A DNA stretch of 55,875 bases, from the NCBI RefSeq assembly GCF_016433145.1, contig NC_058135.1, forward strand, positions 221,446,734-221,502,608, read 5' to 3'. The position numbers were made by a program, and so were the translations under genes. Within the stretch, counting starts at the first letter, position 1, and every line of letters starts with the position of its first letter. Shown here piece after piece: positions 25,860-38,689 of the stretch. The stretch comes from Gracilinanus agilis (taxonomy: Eukaryota). The notes under the pieces were generated by a model. That model was given only the letters and a program-made list of their open reading frames with translations. It was not told where the DNA came from and ran no database searches.

Positions 25860-26730
25860 ACATTAAGTCACTTGCCTGGTTTTTCTGGCTGATGTATCGC
25901 ACTAATCTAGGAACCTCTAGTGAGCTTGGAGTCTCCTAAAAGCCTCAAATCTTTTCAAATGAATTACTCTCTAGCCCCACCTCCCCATCTTATATTTGAT
26001 AAGCTGATCTTTTTTGCAGTTCGATATGGGATTTTAATCTGTCCCTATTATTCCTCCCAAGATTCCAGCCTTTCCAGGTCTTTTCAGAAGCTGACTCTGT
26101 CATCCAACACGTTGGCCGTCCCACTTGGTGCCAGTGGCTTGTTTGCTGAGCATCCTACTTAGGCGTTGATCCGAGTCACTGAGAAACCTGCTCAACAGCA
26201 GAAAGCGAGACTCCTGGAAAACTCTTCCAGTTGCCTCTCCCAAGCTGACATGACCCATTCATGACCATTCTTTGAATCTGGTCACTCCACCAGTTTCAGA
26301 CCCATCTAATAGCACCCTCATCTAGCCCCTATCTCTTTGGCTGGTCCACGAGAACACCATCGCACATTCGATCCAAGTCTAAAAGCTAGAGAAAGCGCCA
26401 TCCACAACACAAGTGGAGTCAGTCTGGTGTGACTTTATCATGAAGCCAGGTTGCTTCTCTTGGTCACCAATTCCCTTTCTGCATTCTCATTAGCCTTCGC
26501 TCCTTTGATAGAGTGTTCTAGAATTGCGTAAGGATTGGCTTGAAGGTCTCTAGACTCTAGTTTTTAGGCTCTCCTCTCCCTCCTTTTCTTGACTATCTGG
26601 ACAACAGCTGACCTCTTTCCTGTCTTGCTGAGAGCCCTGTGGTAGCTCAGCAATCCCCCCTCTGGCTCTTTTAGTACCGTGGTGTGTCTGTAACTCATGG
26701 GGGCAGGCAGGTGCTCTCTCATTATCTCCT
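25860..26730 (-). mobile_element. L3/CR1 LINE RT-region relic
   Basis: Antisense CR1-like text (ctgactctgtcatccaacacgttggccgtccc; atcatgaagccaggttgcttctc). Other L3 pieces at about 16020-16200, 24580-24730 and 24780-25200. Confidence 0.7.
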
Positions 26731-27595
26731 TCCTTATCTTAGGTTTCTACCACCTGCAGGACATTTTTTTCTGTCCCTTCCAGTCCAAAGATCATCTTCC
26801 TTGGGAGAGAAAACAAACAAAACTAGAGTCAAGTAAGCTGAAAGAGAGACCCGGAGGTCAGTAGATGACAACAAGAATGGCAAGCGTTATAGTAAGATTG
26901 AATACCAGCTAGACAGCACGATGGATGGAGAACTTCACCTGGAGTCAGGAAGATTTGAGTTCAAAATCTCACGAATATACCTACTAGCTGTGTGACCCTG
27001 CACTAGTCACTTGATCTGCATTTGCCTCAGTTTTTTCATCTGTAAAATGAAATGAATAATAGCACCTATTTTGAAGGTTCATTTTGAGGATCGAATCAGA
27101 TAACAGAATTAAAGTGCTTTGCAAAGGTCATTTAAACCATGATAGACTTGTTAGCTGTATTATTGTCATTGAGGCTGACCCTGAGCCTGGGCCACTGGCT
27201 CACAGCTTGTCACCTGTCAAGTAGCAGGATCAGAATCCATAATCAATATGCTCCCTTCTGTCCTGGTTGGTTTCTGTTCTGGGACAGAGCGGGGCTCTTC
27301 AATGCCTGCTAGAGGTCCTTGCCTCTCCGCCGATGGGCTGACAGAGGGATCTGCAGGAGCTGGAGCTCTCTGAGAAGGCTTCTTGCCACTCTGTCTACAC
27401 TGGTCTCACAAGGCTGAGTTGTATCCAAGAGGCTGAACTTACTTAAATACATATCCTCTATGGCTAGGAGGAGGCCAGCACCATTGGTCTGTTCTCCCCA
27501 CCTCCAGGTTGCCCTTGGTCATTTCAGGCCATCAGATTTATCTTCAAACTTCACGCTGGGATCATGGAGATTAAAATGACCTTAAGAAATTCGCT

Positions 27596-27795
27596 AAGGA
27601 CAGCTAGGTGGTTCCATGGATAGAGTGCCAGGCCTAGAGTCAGAAGGTCCTGGGTTCCAATCAGACCTCAGACACATCCTTGCTGTGTGACCCTGGGCAA
27701 GTCACTTAACCTCAGTTGCCTAGTCTTTACTAACTCTTCTGCCTTGGAACTGATATTGAGTATCTATTCTAAAGTGAAAGTAAAGGTTTAAAACT
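27596..27795 (+). mobile_element. SINE1_Mdo-type SINE (older subfamily)
   Basis: ggacagctaggtggttccatggatagagtgccaggcctagagtcag...taaaggtttaaaa. Related copies at about 31311-31512 (+) and 48785-48970 (-). Confidence 0.85.
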
Positions 27796-29339
27796 GACAG
27801 AAAGACAGACAGGCAGAGACAGAGAGGTCTTCTAATCTGAGTCCTTCATTTTACAAATGAAGAAAATGAGGCCCCCAGGGGAAGTGACTTATCCAAGGTT
27901 ACACACTGCTAGTAAATGGCAGAGATGAGATTTTAATCCAGGTCTGCTGACTCCACATCTAAAGCTCTTCTCACTAGACAATGAGTTTTCTTCAGTACTT
28001 ATGTCTGTAGTTTCCATTGCTGTCAGTCAGGAATGAACCTGACAGGACCTCCTTTCAAAGCCACCTAAATATCCCAAGACCAAAGGATTTTGAGTTCTTC
28101 AGGACCTTAGAGATCATTTCTCTGGGGGAATCTTAGCCTTCTCTTGGTCCTGTGGGGAAGCTTAGAAACCCCTTTCCTGGATGATGTTTGTGAGTGCAGA
28201 ACATAAAATTTGCCGCATTACCAAGGCCATCAATTCTATTGAAATAAAGATGGATTTTTTCCATCCACTTTCATGGACGCCCAAAATCTCTCCGTCAGTT
28301 ATCCCCCTCCCCACCTGCACCCCCCCCCATCCCGAGCCATGGGTGATGCTCACTCATGTCTCCAAGTTCTCCTTCTACAGATGAGGAAGCCAAATCCCAG
28401 AGAAGGACAAGGAACGTTGGCATTTGGGCTCAGGTCCTCTGACTGAAAATTCAGCCTTCATTCCTTTCCACAATGCAGTTATTCAGTCAACAAGAATTGA
28501 TGAAGCACCTACTACCTGCCAGCCATTGTCCTAAGCCCCAGGGATGCAGAAAAAGGCACATGAGAATGCTCGCTAGAGAAGTTCCCAGACTACCTGGGGA
28601 GAAGGTAGGTAAACCATCATGTACAAACAAGATGTCAACAGGATAAACCTAAATATCTCAGCTTGGCATTCAAGGCCTCTCTATGGTCCAGTTCCAGCTT
28701 TGTTATTCCCCTCTTCCTCCCCTCTATATCCTCTTCCTCTAGACCAGCCTCTCCGTTGTCCCCCTGGCCCTTTATCTGCCTTATTTAATTCCTGTTTCTT
28801 CATTTTAGCCGATGCCCCTCTCTTCTCCAGCCAGGAAAATACTGCCAAGCCTTCAAGACTTAACTCTTTAGCGACTCCCATAGTGCAAAAGCTCAGCAGC
28901 AAGGGTCAAGGAAGCTGAGATCCCAGCCACAGCTTGGCCACCGACTCAGCATGTGACCGAGGACAAGTTGATTCTCCTCTCTGTGCCTCAGTGTGCCCCT
29001 TTGTCAAATGAGGAGGCTTGTGTAGGATGATGTCTATGTTCTCCCTTCCAGCTCTGACCCTGACCCCGCTCAGGCCCATCCACTACAGATTTGTGTTGCA
29101 GGTCACAGATTCTGGCAAAGCCTGATTCATGGACCACCATGAGGCTGACTCTGGGGGTGAAGGATCACGGCTAAATGCTAGGAAAAAGCCGTGGCACCAA
29201 GTGTCCAGAGAGGTGGCTGAGACTCCAGGAGACGAATGCCTGGTGACATGGAGGGGGTGACAAGTGCCCCCCTCTTCGTGGCTTTTCTTTGTGCCTCTGA
29301 CTTGGTTGTTTTGTTTTTTTTTTCTTTGCGAGAAAGAAT

Positions 29340-29462
29340 TGCAGGTGCAGAAACTGCACGTGTCATTAATTGGCCAATTTGGGGGGCAATTAGCCACTTG
29401 CCCCCTCCTTCCCAATGATTAAGTGGCCAATTGAGTCTGTAATTAGCCCAGCCCAGATGGCT
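29340..29462. promoter_or_regulatory. Candidate developmental enhancer (homeodomain/NKX2/E-box cluster)
   Basis: Five AATT(A/G)GCC copies, CACTTG, TTAAGTG, and E-boxes CAGGTG, CACGTG and CAGATG within about 120 bp of non-repeat DNA. Confidence 0.6.
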
Positions 29463-30249
29463 TCTGTGCCTTTCACTTTGGGAGGGTGAGGGGGAAGGGA
29501 CTGGAGTGACAGGAGACTGCCACAAAGATTTTTATTTGGGATTCCATTTTCTAAAGAGGTCAAGGGGCTCTTCTCCATTTGAGGCAGCTTCCTCCAGGCT
29601 CCAGTGGGGGCTGGAGAAAGGCTCAGTCCCTGAGAGTACAGGGATCATCGGGTAGTAAACACATGTCAAGAAATCATTTCTGGGGCCATCTTGTCCAGCT
29701 CCATCATTTTGCAGAGAGGCTGAGACTAAGCCCATGTCACATGGCTAGTCAGTGGCACAAGGGAGATTTGAACCCAGGTCCTCTCCCTCTCCCGCTAGAG
29801 CTCCTTCCACTATCTCAGATCTGCTATTCCCAACTGTACCCTGCACCCCTACTTTTTTTAACAGATGAGAAAACTGAGACCCAAGCACTGGGCCAGTGAG
29901 TGGCCTAGCCAGGAAGCACTTGTAAATGCTCCTTTATAAAAATGCAGAGGCACTATGACAAGAATAATAACTAGCATTTAGAGCGCACTTTCCAAAAACA
30001 ATCTTATTTCATCCTCACGACTGCTCCGAGGTAGGTGCCATTAGTATTCTCATCTTGCAGAGGAGGAAAGGGAGAGAGACAGCATTTGGGTCGGTGAGGT
30101 GGGACTTGCAGTAAATGTTTGAGGCTGGATTTGAACTCAGGTCTCCCTTCCCCCCACCCCTCCCCCGGGTCAGCAAGGTTCCTCAGAAGCAGGTGGGAGA
30201 TGGGGTGCAGGCTGGATTTGGAGTCAGAGTCTGAGTGGGAATCCTGTCT

Positions 30250-30920
30250 CTGCTGCCCCTCCCCCCCGCCTTGGGGCAGCTCCACACTGGGGTTCTGACT
30301 CCGCGTCCTGGGCCCTGTTTCTTGCCCCCCCCCCCTTCCGTGTCGCTGGGCAGGGAGCCAGGGCGCACGGAGTGGGAACTGGGCAGACGCTTTCCCCGAC
30401 GAGGCTGAGCTCTGATGTTTGCAGGCTCCGTGTGCTCACCATCCAATTTAACTTCACAAGCGGTTATGGATCACCCCTGGGGCGTTAGGGAAGGGAAGAC
30501 CGAGGCACCGAAACGGCCTTGCCCTCGAGGAGCTTCCGGCCCGCGGGAGAAAAACGAGAGCAGGCGTACAGCGAACGAGAGCTCCGTCCCAGGGAAGCCG
30601 AGCTGGCAGGCGAACGTGCCCCGACGGGCGTAGAGCCTCGACTTCCCAGGATGCTGCTCCTGCTCCTCCCTCCTACACAGGGACGTATCTCGCGAGAGCT
30701 TCGTGGAAGGGGCTGAGATCCGAACAATTCCCCCAGGCCAAAGGAGCAGGCGATCCTCCGGGTCCTTCCTGTCCTCTGTCACATCGCAGAGCAGAAAGTG
30801 AGCCATCCGAGGGCACGCGGTGACCAGGGTCAGAGCCAGACACGGGTTTTTGGGCTCCGAATCCAGCGAGCTGGAGGTCCCAAGAAAACTGCACACGAGT
30901 CCCTGCCCTCCAAGGAGCTT
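30250..30920. promoter_or_regulatory. CpG-rich island-like segment
   Basis: High CpG density by eye. Contains a candidate + strand exon 30681-30797 (cctacacag| ... |gtgagc). Confidence 0.5.
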
Positions 30921-32689
30921 CCCTGTCCAGCTCCCCCAGCCTTCCCCTCCCCACATCCCGGGCTTTTCTCTGGACTCTGAGCCTTGACTTCTCTTTAGAC
31001 TTTGAGCTCCCTGAGGACACGGAGCTGCTCGTCTTCCTTCTATTCCCTTCCTGTCTTCCTCTTCTCCATTAGAACACAGAGCGCAAGCTTCAGTGGAGTG
31101 GAGGTAGAGATGCAGGCCTAGAGTCAGAAGGCGCGGGTTCAAATCCCAGCCCTGACACAAGTCACGAGCAAAGTGTTCTGTAAGCCTTAAAGGGCTGCAG
31201 AAGTTGAACCATTTCAAACTAGCCAACATTGGCTAAGCGTATTCTAGATCTGGGATCTGGGCTTGTCACAGACGATGTAGAAATGAAAAATGACGCATTC
31301 CCAAGGTACAGCTGGGGGGGGGGGGGACTCAGTGGATTGAGAGCCAGGCCTGGAGTCCAAAGGTCCTGGGTTCCAATGTGGACTCAGACACTTCCTCTCT
31401 GTATGACCCTGGACAAGTCACTTAACTCCATTTGCCCAGCCCTTACTGTTCTTCTGTCTTAGAGCTGGTACTTAGCATCGATTCTCAGAGGGAATGGAAG
31501 GATTTGTTAAAAGTGATGCATTCCCTGCCTTGGAGGGAGTGAGCAGACAGGCCACGTGGAAGAGGGCAGGACTGAGTCAGTGTAGATGCTCTCTGCGGAA
31601 GCTCTCCCCTTGAAATACTCTCAATTCGGTAATGACGCTCCACAAGACTGACAGATAACCACGAACCAGAGTGCCAGACACGGGGAGGGGGAGACTCCCA
31701 GGGTGGCAGCAGGGAGTAGTCAAGGAAGGCTTCATGGGGGAGGAGCTTCAGCGTGGAGATGCCAACATGTTTGGGGGCGGGGATGGGAACAAAATGTCTG
31801 CGCGGAAGAGTGAAGCCAATGGGATGAGAACGGGGAAAGGAGCGTCTCCTGGTGATGTGTCAGAGTGGAGCAGTCAGAGCGGAAGCATCCCTGGAGACCA
31901 TCCACTCCTACCCTCTCTCTACAGTTGTCTTCTTATCTCTTGGTCAGACTGGAAGCGTCCTGAAGCCAAGGAGTGTCTCATTCGTCCCCTCGGAGTCCCC
32001 AGGGACAAGCCCAGGACCCCACATGCAACAGGTTTAGTTTGAATGAACCACAAAACGTCTGAAGGGGAGGAGAAGGAAGTAGGTAGTTTGCAGGTCATTT
32101 GGAGTACTGCTAGGGAGGACCTTGAATGCCAGGCAAAAAAATCTAAACTTTTCTTGTAGATTAATATAGAGCTGGAGGTGATCTTAGAGACCATCTAATG
32201 CAACACCTTCATTTTACAGATGAAGAAACTGAGTCCAGGAAATAACTCATCCAAGGTCACGCCACTGGTAAGTTGTAGTCTGTCAGTCAACAAGCTCATG
32301 CTCTGAGGCAGTCACTGCACAGTGTGGCCACAAAGAAAAGCAAAAATGTGCTTTCTGACCTTGAAGAGTCATGGACACAACATGCAGATAACTGTGTATG
32401 TGTGAGATGGGTAAGTGTAACTGGGAGGTGATCTCAGCTCAAAAAGGGGGTAAATAGTATCGTTACTACTTTTAGACACCCCCATTTGTGATTCACTGGT
32501 TTGGAGAACAGATAAGGAAACCCCATTTACCAGTGCAGGTCAGCACCTGCTGGAAACTTAATAATCTCTTGGAGAGGTAGAGTGACAGACCCAGGGTCAC
32601 ACTGACAGCATCAGAAGTAGGTCTTGAAACCAAATCTTCCAGACTCCAGTATTGGTCTCTATCCATTAACTTGGCTGTGCTGCTGGGGC

Positions 32690-32900
32690 AGACTGATAGA
32701 ATGCCAGTCTGGCCTGGGATACTTACTGGTTATGCAACCTGGGCCAGTCACTTAAGCCTGTTTGCCTCCATTTCCTCATCTGTAAAATGAGTCGGAGAAG
32801 GAAATGGCAAACCACTTGAGTGTCTTTGCCAAGAAAACCCCGAACAGGGACACAAAGAGTTGAGCATGACTGTGCAATGCCATGCTGCTCATCAGAACAC
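32690..32900 (+). mobile_element. MAR1-type SINE
   Basis: cctcatctgtaaaatgagtcggagaaggaaatggcaaaccacttgagtgtctttgccaagaaaacccc. Confidence 0.8.
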
Positions 32901-33427
32901 AGTAACAGAACCCTCCAGGCGGCTCCTTTCCTGGGGAATCATCCAGCCAGACCACAGGGCTTTCCAAGTTCTTGCCTTGGTTTTGTGTCATCAATCTGTC
33001 TCTTCTGACTCCAGCCTGCCTTAGTGCTTGCCTCTATCAGCTTCTCTCCTGTGCTCCTGTGGTGGTGTTTGGGGGGGCAGCAAGCACAGTGTAGGCAGAA
33101 CAAAGAGCCTGATCAGGATGCACCCGAGTTCAAATTCAGGGTCTGCTGCCACTCACCTCTTTGCATTTGCCCTCTCTGGGCCTTAGTTTTTTTCCACCGA
33201 AAAACTAATGGATGGGGCAAAATGATTTCTAAAGACTGTTTCAGCTCTAAAAACCTCTAGTTCTGTCTTCATTGTTTTAAATCTGCTAGAGACTGGGAAA
33301 CACAACAACTAACCTGTTTTTGAATTGTGTACAGTCACCATAAATACTTAGCAAGTGTCTGAGGGGGTATATTCAATGGGTAAAGTGCATGAACTTTGTG
33401 ATAGCTATTTTGTCTCCCTTAAATGCT

Positions 33428-33525
33428 TCTTCTTTCCTTTTCCCTTCCTACCTTTCTTCCTCTTTCTCTCCCTTCCTTCCTTCTTTCCTCCCTCCCTCCC
33501 TCCCTTCCTCCCTTCTTTCCTTCTT
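33428..33525. repeat. (TTCC/CTCC)n low-complexity tract
   Basis: Directly visible pyrimidine repeat. Confidence 0.9.
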
Positions 33526-34199
33526 TGCCTATGTAGGTAGGCCTAGAGACAAAAGGGAGAGTTGGGTTACATACAGATAGCAAAATTGTTGTACCAAGGC
33601 ACTGATGGCAAGGTGGAATATCACCTGCCACCATCATTATCAACTCAGCAGAGACGCACTTGGTGGTTGGCCCTTTACAAGAGGAGAGTCCTGAGGGTGT
33701 GGGGCTTAGAAGCGGTGGTGACATTTGCTGAGTAGAGGGCTTGAAGAATCTAGGAGAAGGGGCAGTCCTGAGCTGGCGCTGAAGTGAGTGTCCTATTCCA
33801 AAGGGAGCCTAGGACTCCTGGATGGCTACAGAGGAATGAGTACTGAGAATCTGAATAGTCTGCTGGGGTCGAGGGGGAAAGAAGACGGCATCCATGGAAT
33901 GGATATAGGCAATAGGAATGTGGGAGTTAGAAGACCTGGCTCCCAGGCTGGCTCTGCCCCCAACTTGCATGTGAAGGGTCTGGCAGGTGTCCTTTGCAAG
34001 TTATTTCCCCTTCTTGGCATCTCCCTTTCCTCATTTGCAAGAGGAATTGGACCATCATCACTTAGGGCCCTGTATTTCTAATGACCTCGGGCAATTAATT
34101 TCCTTCTGCTGGAGCTCAGTTTCCTCCTCTGTAAAATGAGAAGAACCTCCCCCACCACTACCACCACCATCAGAGGGTCAAAAGAGGGAGCCACTGTCG

Positions 34200-34990
34200 A
34201 CTGCTACTTGGAGATGGGATTTCCGGAGCCGGCTGCTTCCTTTTCCCCCATTATCCTGGAAGGGGGCCTGGGCTCCAGCTTGTCAGAACTGGAAGGACCT
34301 TGGGGTCCGATCACCTGGTTTGCCGATGAGGCAATCTCGGCCCTGAGACAGAAAGGCGGGGCTATTTCCCCAAGTCAGAGAGCAGAAAGTGAGGCTCCCA
34401 GCCCGGAGCTCCTCCTCCCTGCTCTGCCTGCTAGCCCACGCCTGATAGAGCCCGAGGCAGGGATGGAGAGTTTCCGGGGTGGTCCACGGCATTTCGCTGG
34501 GCAGATTTGAGCCAGGCTCTAAGCCTGGTCAAGGAACTGAGGTGGTGTGGGTGGGGCAGCGGAGGCTTCCCGACATGCTGGGCTTCCGGAGTCGAGGCTG
34601 ACCCAGGAAAGCGGGTGGCTCCTGTTTAGCCAGGGACCTCTTGGCAATTTCCTGAACGGCCATGTGACAGCGGCCGCGGCTCTGGGCCGGCCTAGGACCC
34701 AAAACTGGGGCGCCCCCACCCCCGACCCCATCTCCCATCCCGGGCCCAGGTGGGCCGAGGGCGGAGGGGAATGGGAATAGGCCAGACGCCTCCCCCACCC
34801 CGCCCCCACCCCTCCACCTGCAGGCCAGAAGGTGGTCACTGGTCTGCTGCTCTCGGTTTTCTAGGTGTGGAGGAGGCGTCCCGTCCACCAGGTGCCTGGG
34901 ATGGCAAGACGCAGTGAACCTTCCCCACCAGGAAAAACTGGGAGGCTCGATGTTTGTTGCCCTCCGTCTGCCTGCCCTCTCGGTCTTGCT
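34200..34990. promoter_or_regulatory. CpG/GC-box-rich promoter- or enhancer-like island
   Basis: gcggccgcgg, gggcggaggg, cccgccccc, CATGTG E-box, and a C-rich tract at 34790-34817. Confidence 0.5.
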
Positions 34991-37619
34991 GCCAGCTTCT
35001 CTCATTTCCCTTCTTTCACTTTGTTTTCCCTTTAATTGTCCTACTTCATTGTTATTCAGGAAAAACTTGAGAGTGCAAGTCCTGATTGGAGCGCACTGCT
35101 TGCTTTGTGATCTTGGCCAGGTCCCATTTCCCCCTCTGTACTTAGGTTCCCACCTCTGATACTGGCCTGGGTTCCCTCTCAAAGTCCTGCAAACTGGAAG
35201 ATGTGGGTCTGCATCCCACTAAATCGGTCCAATTCCACCCTAATAGTGCCTCCATCACAGGGGTGTTGTGTAAAGAGCTTAGCAGACCTTGAAGCTATCT
35301 AAATGATGGTGATTATTTTCATCCATAAGCCATCAGTCTCTTGTATTTCCTACATACTGATGCCTGCTCCCCCCTCCATCCCCCCCCAACCCCCCAGCTT
35401 TAAGACACAAGCCAAGCAATATCTGTTTTCTGGGTCCTGATGTTAGCCATCTTGTGAAATCACTTACCATTTGCACTCCTTTTTAGTAATTAACCTTTTC
35501 CATCCTCACTTCCCCCTGTCCCCTCCCCTCTCCCCCCTCTCCCCCTGCCCTGCACCATCTCCTGTGTTGGGAGTTCAATCTTTTTCATTATTGTATCCAC
35601 TCACCTGACTGCTGGGCTGAGCCACAGGCAAGGCTAAAGTCCAGGACAGAGTGGTATAGCTGGAAGTGTCCCTAGAAGAGAGATTTTCAGAGCTGTAATG
35701 CATGATTACCAGACTATCTCCCCACCAAAGGTGTGATAAAATGCCAGATTCCAAGTACTACCAATAGCCTCAACTATCTCTTAGCATACCTTCCAACTTG
35801 TACTCTATCAATCTCATTTTTCTTATACATAGATCTGGTCATTAACTACTCTACTCAAAAACCCACAGTGGCTCACAGTTGCCTGCTGAGTCATGTTCAA
35901 ATTCCTTTGCCTGGCATTCGTGGCCCTGTACAACTGGCCTCAAGTCTACATTGCTGGCTTTACCTCATACTTCTCCCTAATAGCTTCACTATTTCATTCC
36001 CTACAGTGACTATTCCAGACCTCCTCTCTTCTTGTGTACCCACTGCCTTCCCTTCTCTGCTGAAGATCTCACCTCTTACCTAACTTGCTGGAAAAAATGA
36101 GGCCATTCATCAAGTGCCCATCTTCTCCTCTCCTTGGACATCTTCCCCCTCTGTCTCTTTATTCATTGAGGTCTCAGATGAAGAGGTGGTTCTTTTTCTT
36201 GCCATGGCAGGCCTTTGTACCCTTGATCCCATTCTGTTCTCCAGGTATTATTATCTGAACTCTAGTTACCTGCTCCTTCCCTAGCTAAAAAAATTATTGT
36301 GTCCCATGTTCTTAAAAAAAAAAAAGTATTCTTTGATCCTACCATCTACTAGCTATCATCCTATACCTTTCATCCCCTTGCTGGCTAAATTCCTTGAGAA
36401 AGCCACTTCAGTTAGCCATTCCCCTTTCTGTCATCTGACTCAATTCTAAGTCCAGTACTGCTGCCCCAAGGTTCAAGGACCCAGGTTAATTCTATGTCTG
36501 AGCTCATTCTCCCCGGAATGGGATAGGGAGAGTGTTTCCCCAAGATGTTGGGGAGAAATGTTTGTACTTTTTCCCTCCCTTGCTGTGTCCTCAAAATAAA
36601 TCTTTTACAAAAAGCTGGCTGATAGCAACTGGTTTAATGGAACTGGAAGCACCAGTCACTGGTGTCTAATGAGGGTAAGGTGGAAAAAAACAAGCCAATA
36701 ACATTAGAGAAAAGACAACCCACTAGCCCTCGAACCCTGAAAAGGAGATGTAGAAGCCTGGCTCTGAGATAGTGCAGGGGGGAGTACTACTTACCTTTTC
36801 TTTACAAATGTCTAAATCCTTGTCTCCCCCTCTACATATTCTATGATCCAGCTCCTCTGGTCTACTTACTCTTCTTCCTTCCCTTATGATGCTCCATCAT
36901 CTCACCTTTGAATCTTTGGGATGGCTGTCCTCATGCCAGAGACATCTGTTTGGTCTCGTCTCTTCATTTTGAGTTTTCCAGGCGTTTTTTAAAGATTCAG
37001 TTCAAATCCCAGCTGCTATGGAGGCCTTTCCCAGGCTTCTTTGCTGCTAGGGCCTTCCCCTTCCAGATTTCCTTGCTCTACTCTATGAAAAGACCTGGTT
37101 ATTTCTCTGTTGTCTCCTCCCTTAGGATGGCAGCCCTTTGAGGGGAAGGAATGTTTTTCACTTTCACTTAGCACAGTGCCTGACACTTCTCCATGATATG
37201 TCCTCAATACCCTGGAATAATCACAGACCCTCTGAGTCAGAAGAGATCTCAGAAGGCAACTCGTCCAACTTGTGCCTGAAGGAGACTCCTCCCCACAAGA
37301 ATCCTACCCACAAGTCTTTATCTAATTTTCTCAGAGACTTCTCTAGGAGAGCGCTCAGCAGCTCCAGATGAATGCAGGCCATGCTCCTGAGGTTTCTCCT
37401 TACATGGAGCTTAAATCTGACTACAACTTCTCACTCACTTCTAGTTCTGCCCCCTGAGGCCAAGCAGAACTAATGTCCTTCCCTTATAACAGCCCTTTTA
37501 GTCCTTTTAGACAGCCATAATGTCTTCCTTTCCCTCTTCAACTGCTAAATATTTACCCAGCCTTAAAAACCCTACTTGATGCCACCTCCTCGAAAAAGCT
37601 TCCCTTACTCCCTCTAGTT

Positions 37620-37837
37620 CAGGGGTCGGCATGGCCATGAGAGCCATAAATGCCACATTTTTTAAAATGTAATTTCGTGAGAGCCGTACAGTGCTCACAG
37701 TGCGCGCTCCTGTAATAGCGAAAAACCAGCTCCTGTAACAGAAAAACAAATTGACTTTATGGCTCCTGCAGAAAGAGCCATATCTGGCCCTCAAAAGAGC
37801 CAGATAGGGCTCGAGAGCCATACGTTGCCGATCCCTG
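37620..37837. mobile_element. Young hAT (Charlie-group) MITE inserted in L2
   Basis: TIRs caggggtcggc / gccgatccctg. Perfect 8-bp TSD ctctagtt at 37612-37619 and 37838-37845. CpGs retained. Confidence 0.92.
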
Positions 37838-38689
37838 CTCTAGTTGGTAACAACCCCTTTCCTGGATCCCAAGTCACATAGAGCTTTTTGCTATGGCAAA
37901 TGTATCATGTCTTACTTTGCATTATAGTTGTCCATATTTGCTGTATTTCCCCTCTATTCGACTGTGAGCTCTATTAGGGAAGATTGTGTCCCCAAGATTC
38001 AATATCTTGAATTTGTATTTTCTTTTCTTGCTGTATTCAAAGCAAATTTCCTTAAGTAAAAGCTAACTGATGCTAACTGGCTAATAGTTACTGATGTCTA
38101 ACACAGATGGCTAACTGACTTTCCTCTATCTCTCTACCCCTTCTCCCCAACCTATCTAAAGCACAGGACTCTGCACATGATAGGTGCGTAATAAATGGTT
38201 ATTAAATGGGATGGAAGAGAACATAGGCTCCTATCTTAGAGTCAGAGGGGTCTACCTTCAGATCCCAGGTTAGCTCCTTACTAGCTCTGTGACTTCAGAT
38301 AAGTCTTTTGACATTTCTGGGCCTTGATTTTTTTTTCCTCTATAAAATAAAGGGGATGGCTGAAATCAGAAGCGGCAAACAGACTAGCCCACACCCTGGT
38401 AGCTAGAATCAGATTCAGATGTAACTGGGAACTATTTAGCAAAATAAATAAAAATAAAACATAGACAATGTTAGTATGTAGTTTTCTATGCCAATACGCA
38501 GCCAGCAAAGATCCTTATGTGTGGTTCTGTTTGGGCTTGCTACTAGTGGACTAAATGACCTCTAAGTGCCCTTACCTCTCTAAATCTATTACAGTATTAT
38601 TCTGTGATCTCTAATCATTCTTGGCGATGTTATTGACAGAATTTGGTACCACAAAGTCATGCTAATTTGCATTTATCTTATTGTTAGTT

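Noticed and set aside
26740-26810. Minus-strand exon candidate (KMIFGLEGTEKNVLQ)
   Set aside because: Weak donor, adjacent to an L3 relic, and no compatible neighbouring exon.
30471-31229. Longest ORF in the track (252 aa, minus strand)
   Set aside because: It begins in a MIR-like repeat with a non-ATG start and has no recognisable domain. Its length is explained by GC-rich, stop-poor sequence.
34529-35182. 217-aa minus-strand ORF
   Set aside because: It crosses a GC-rich island and low-complexity tracts; no homology recognised.
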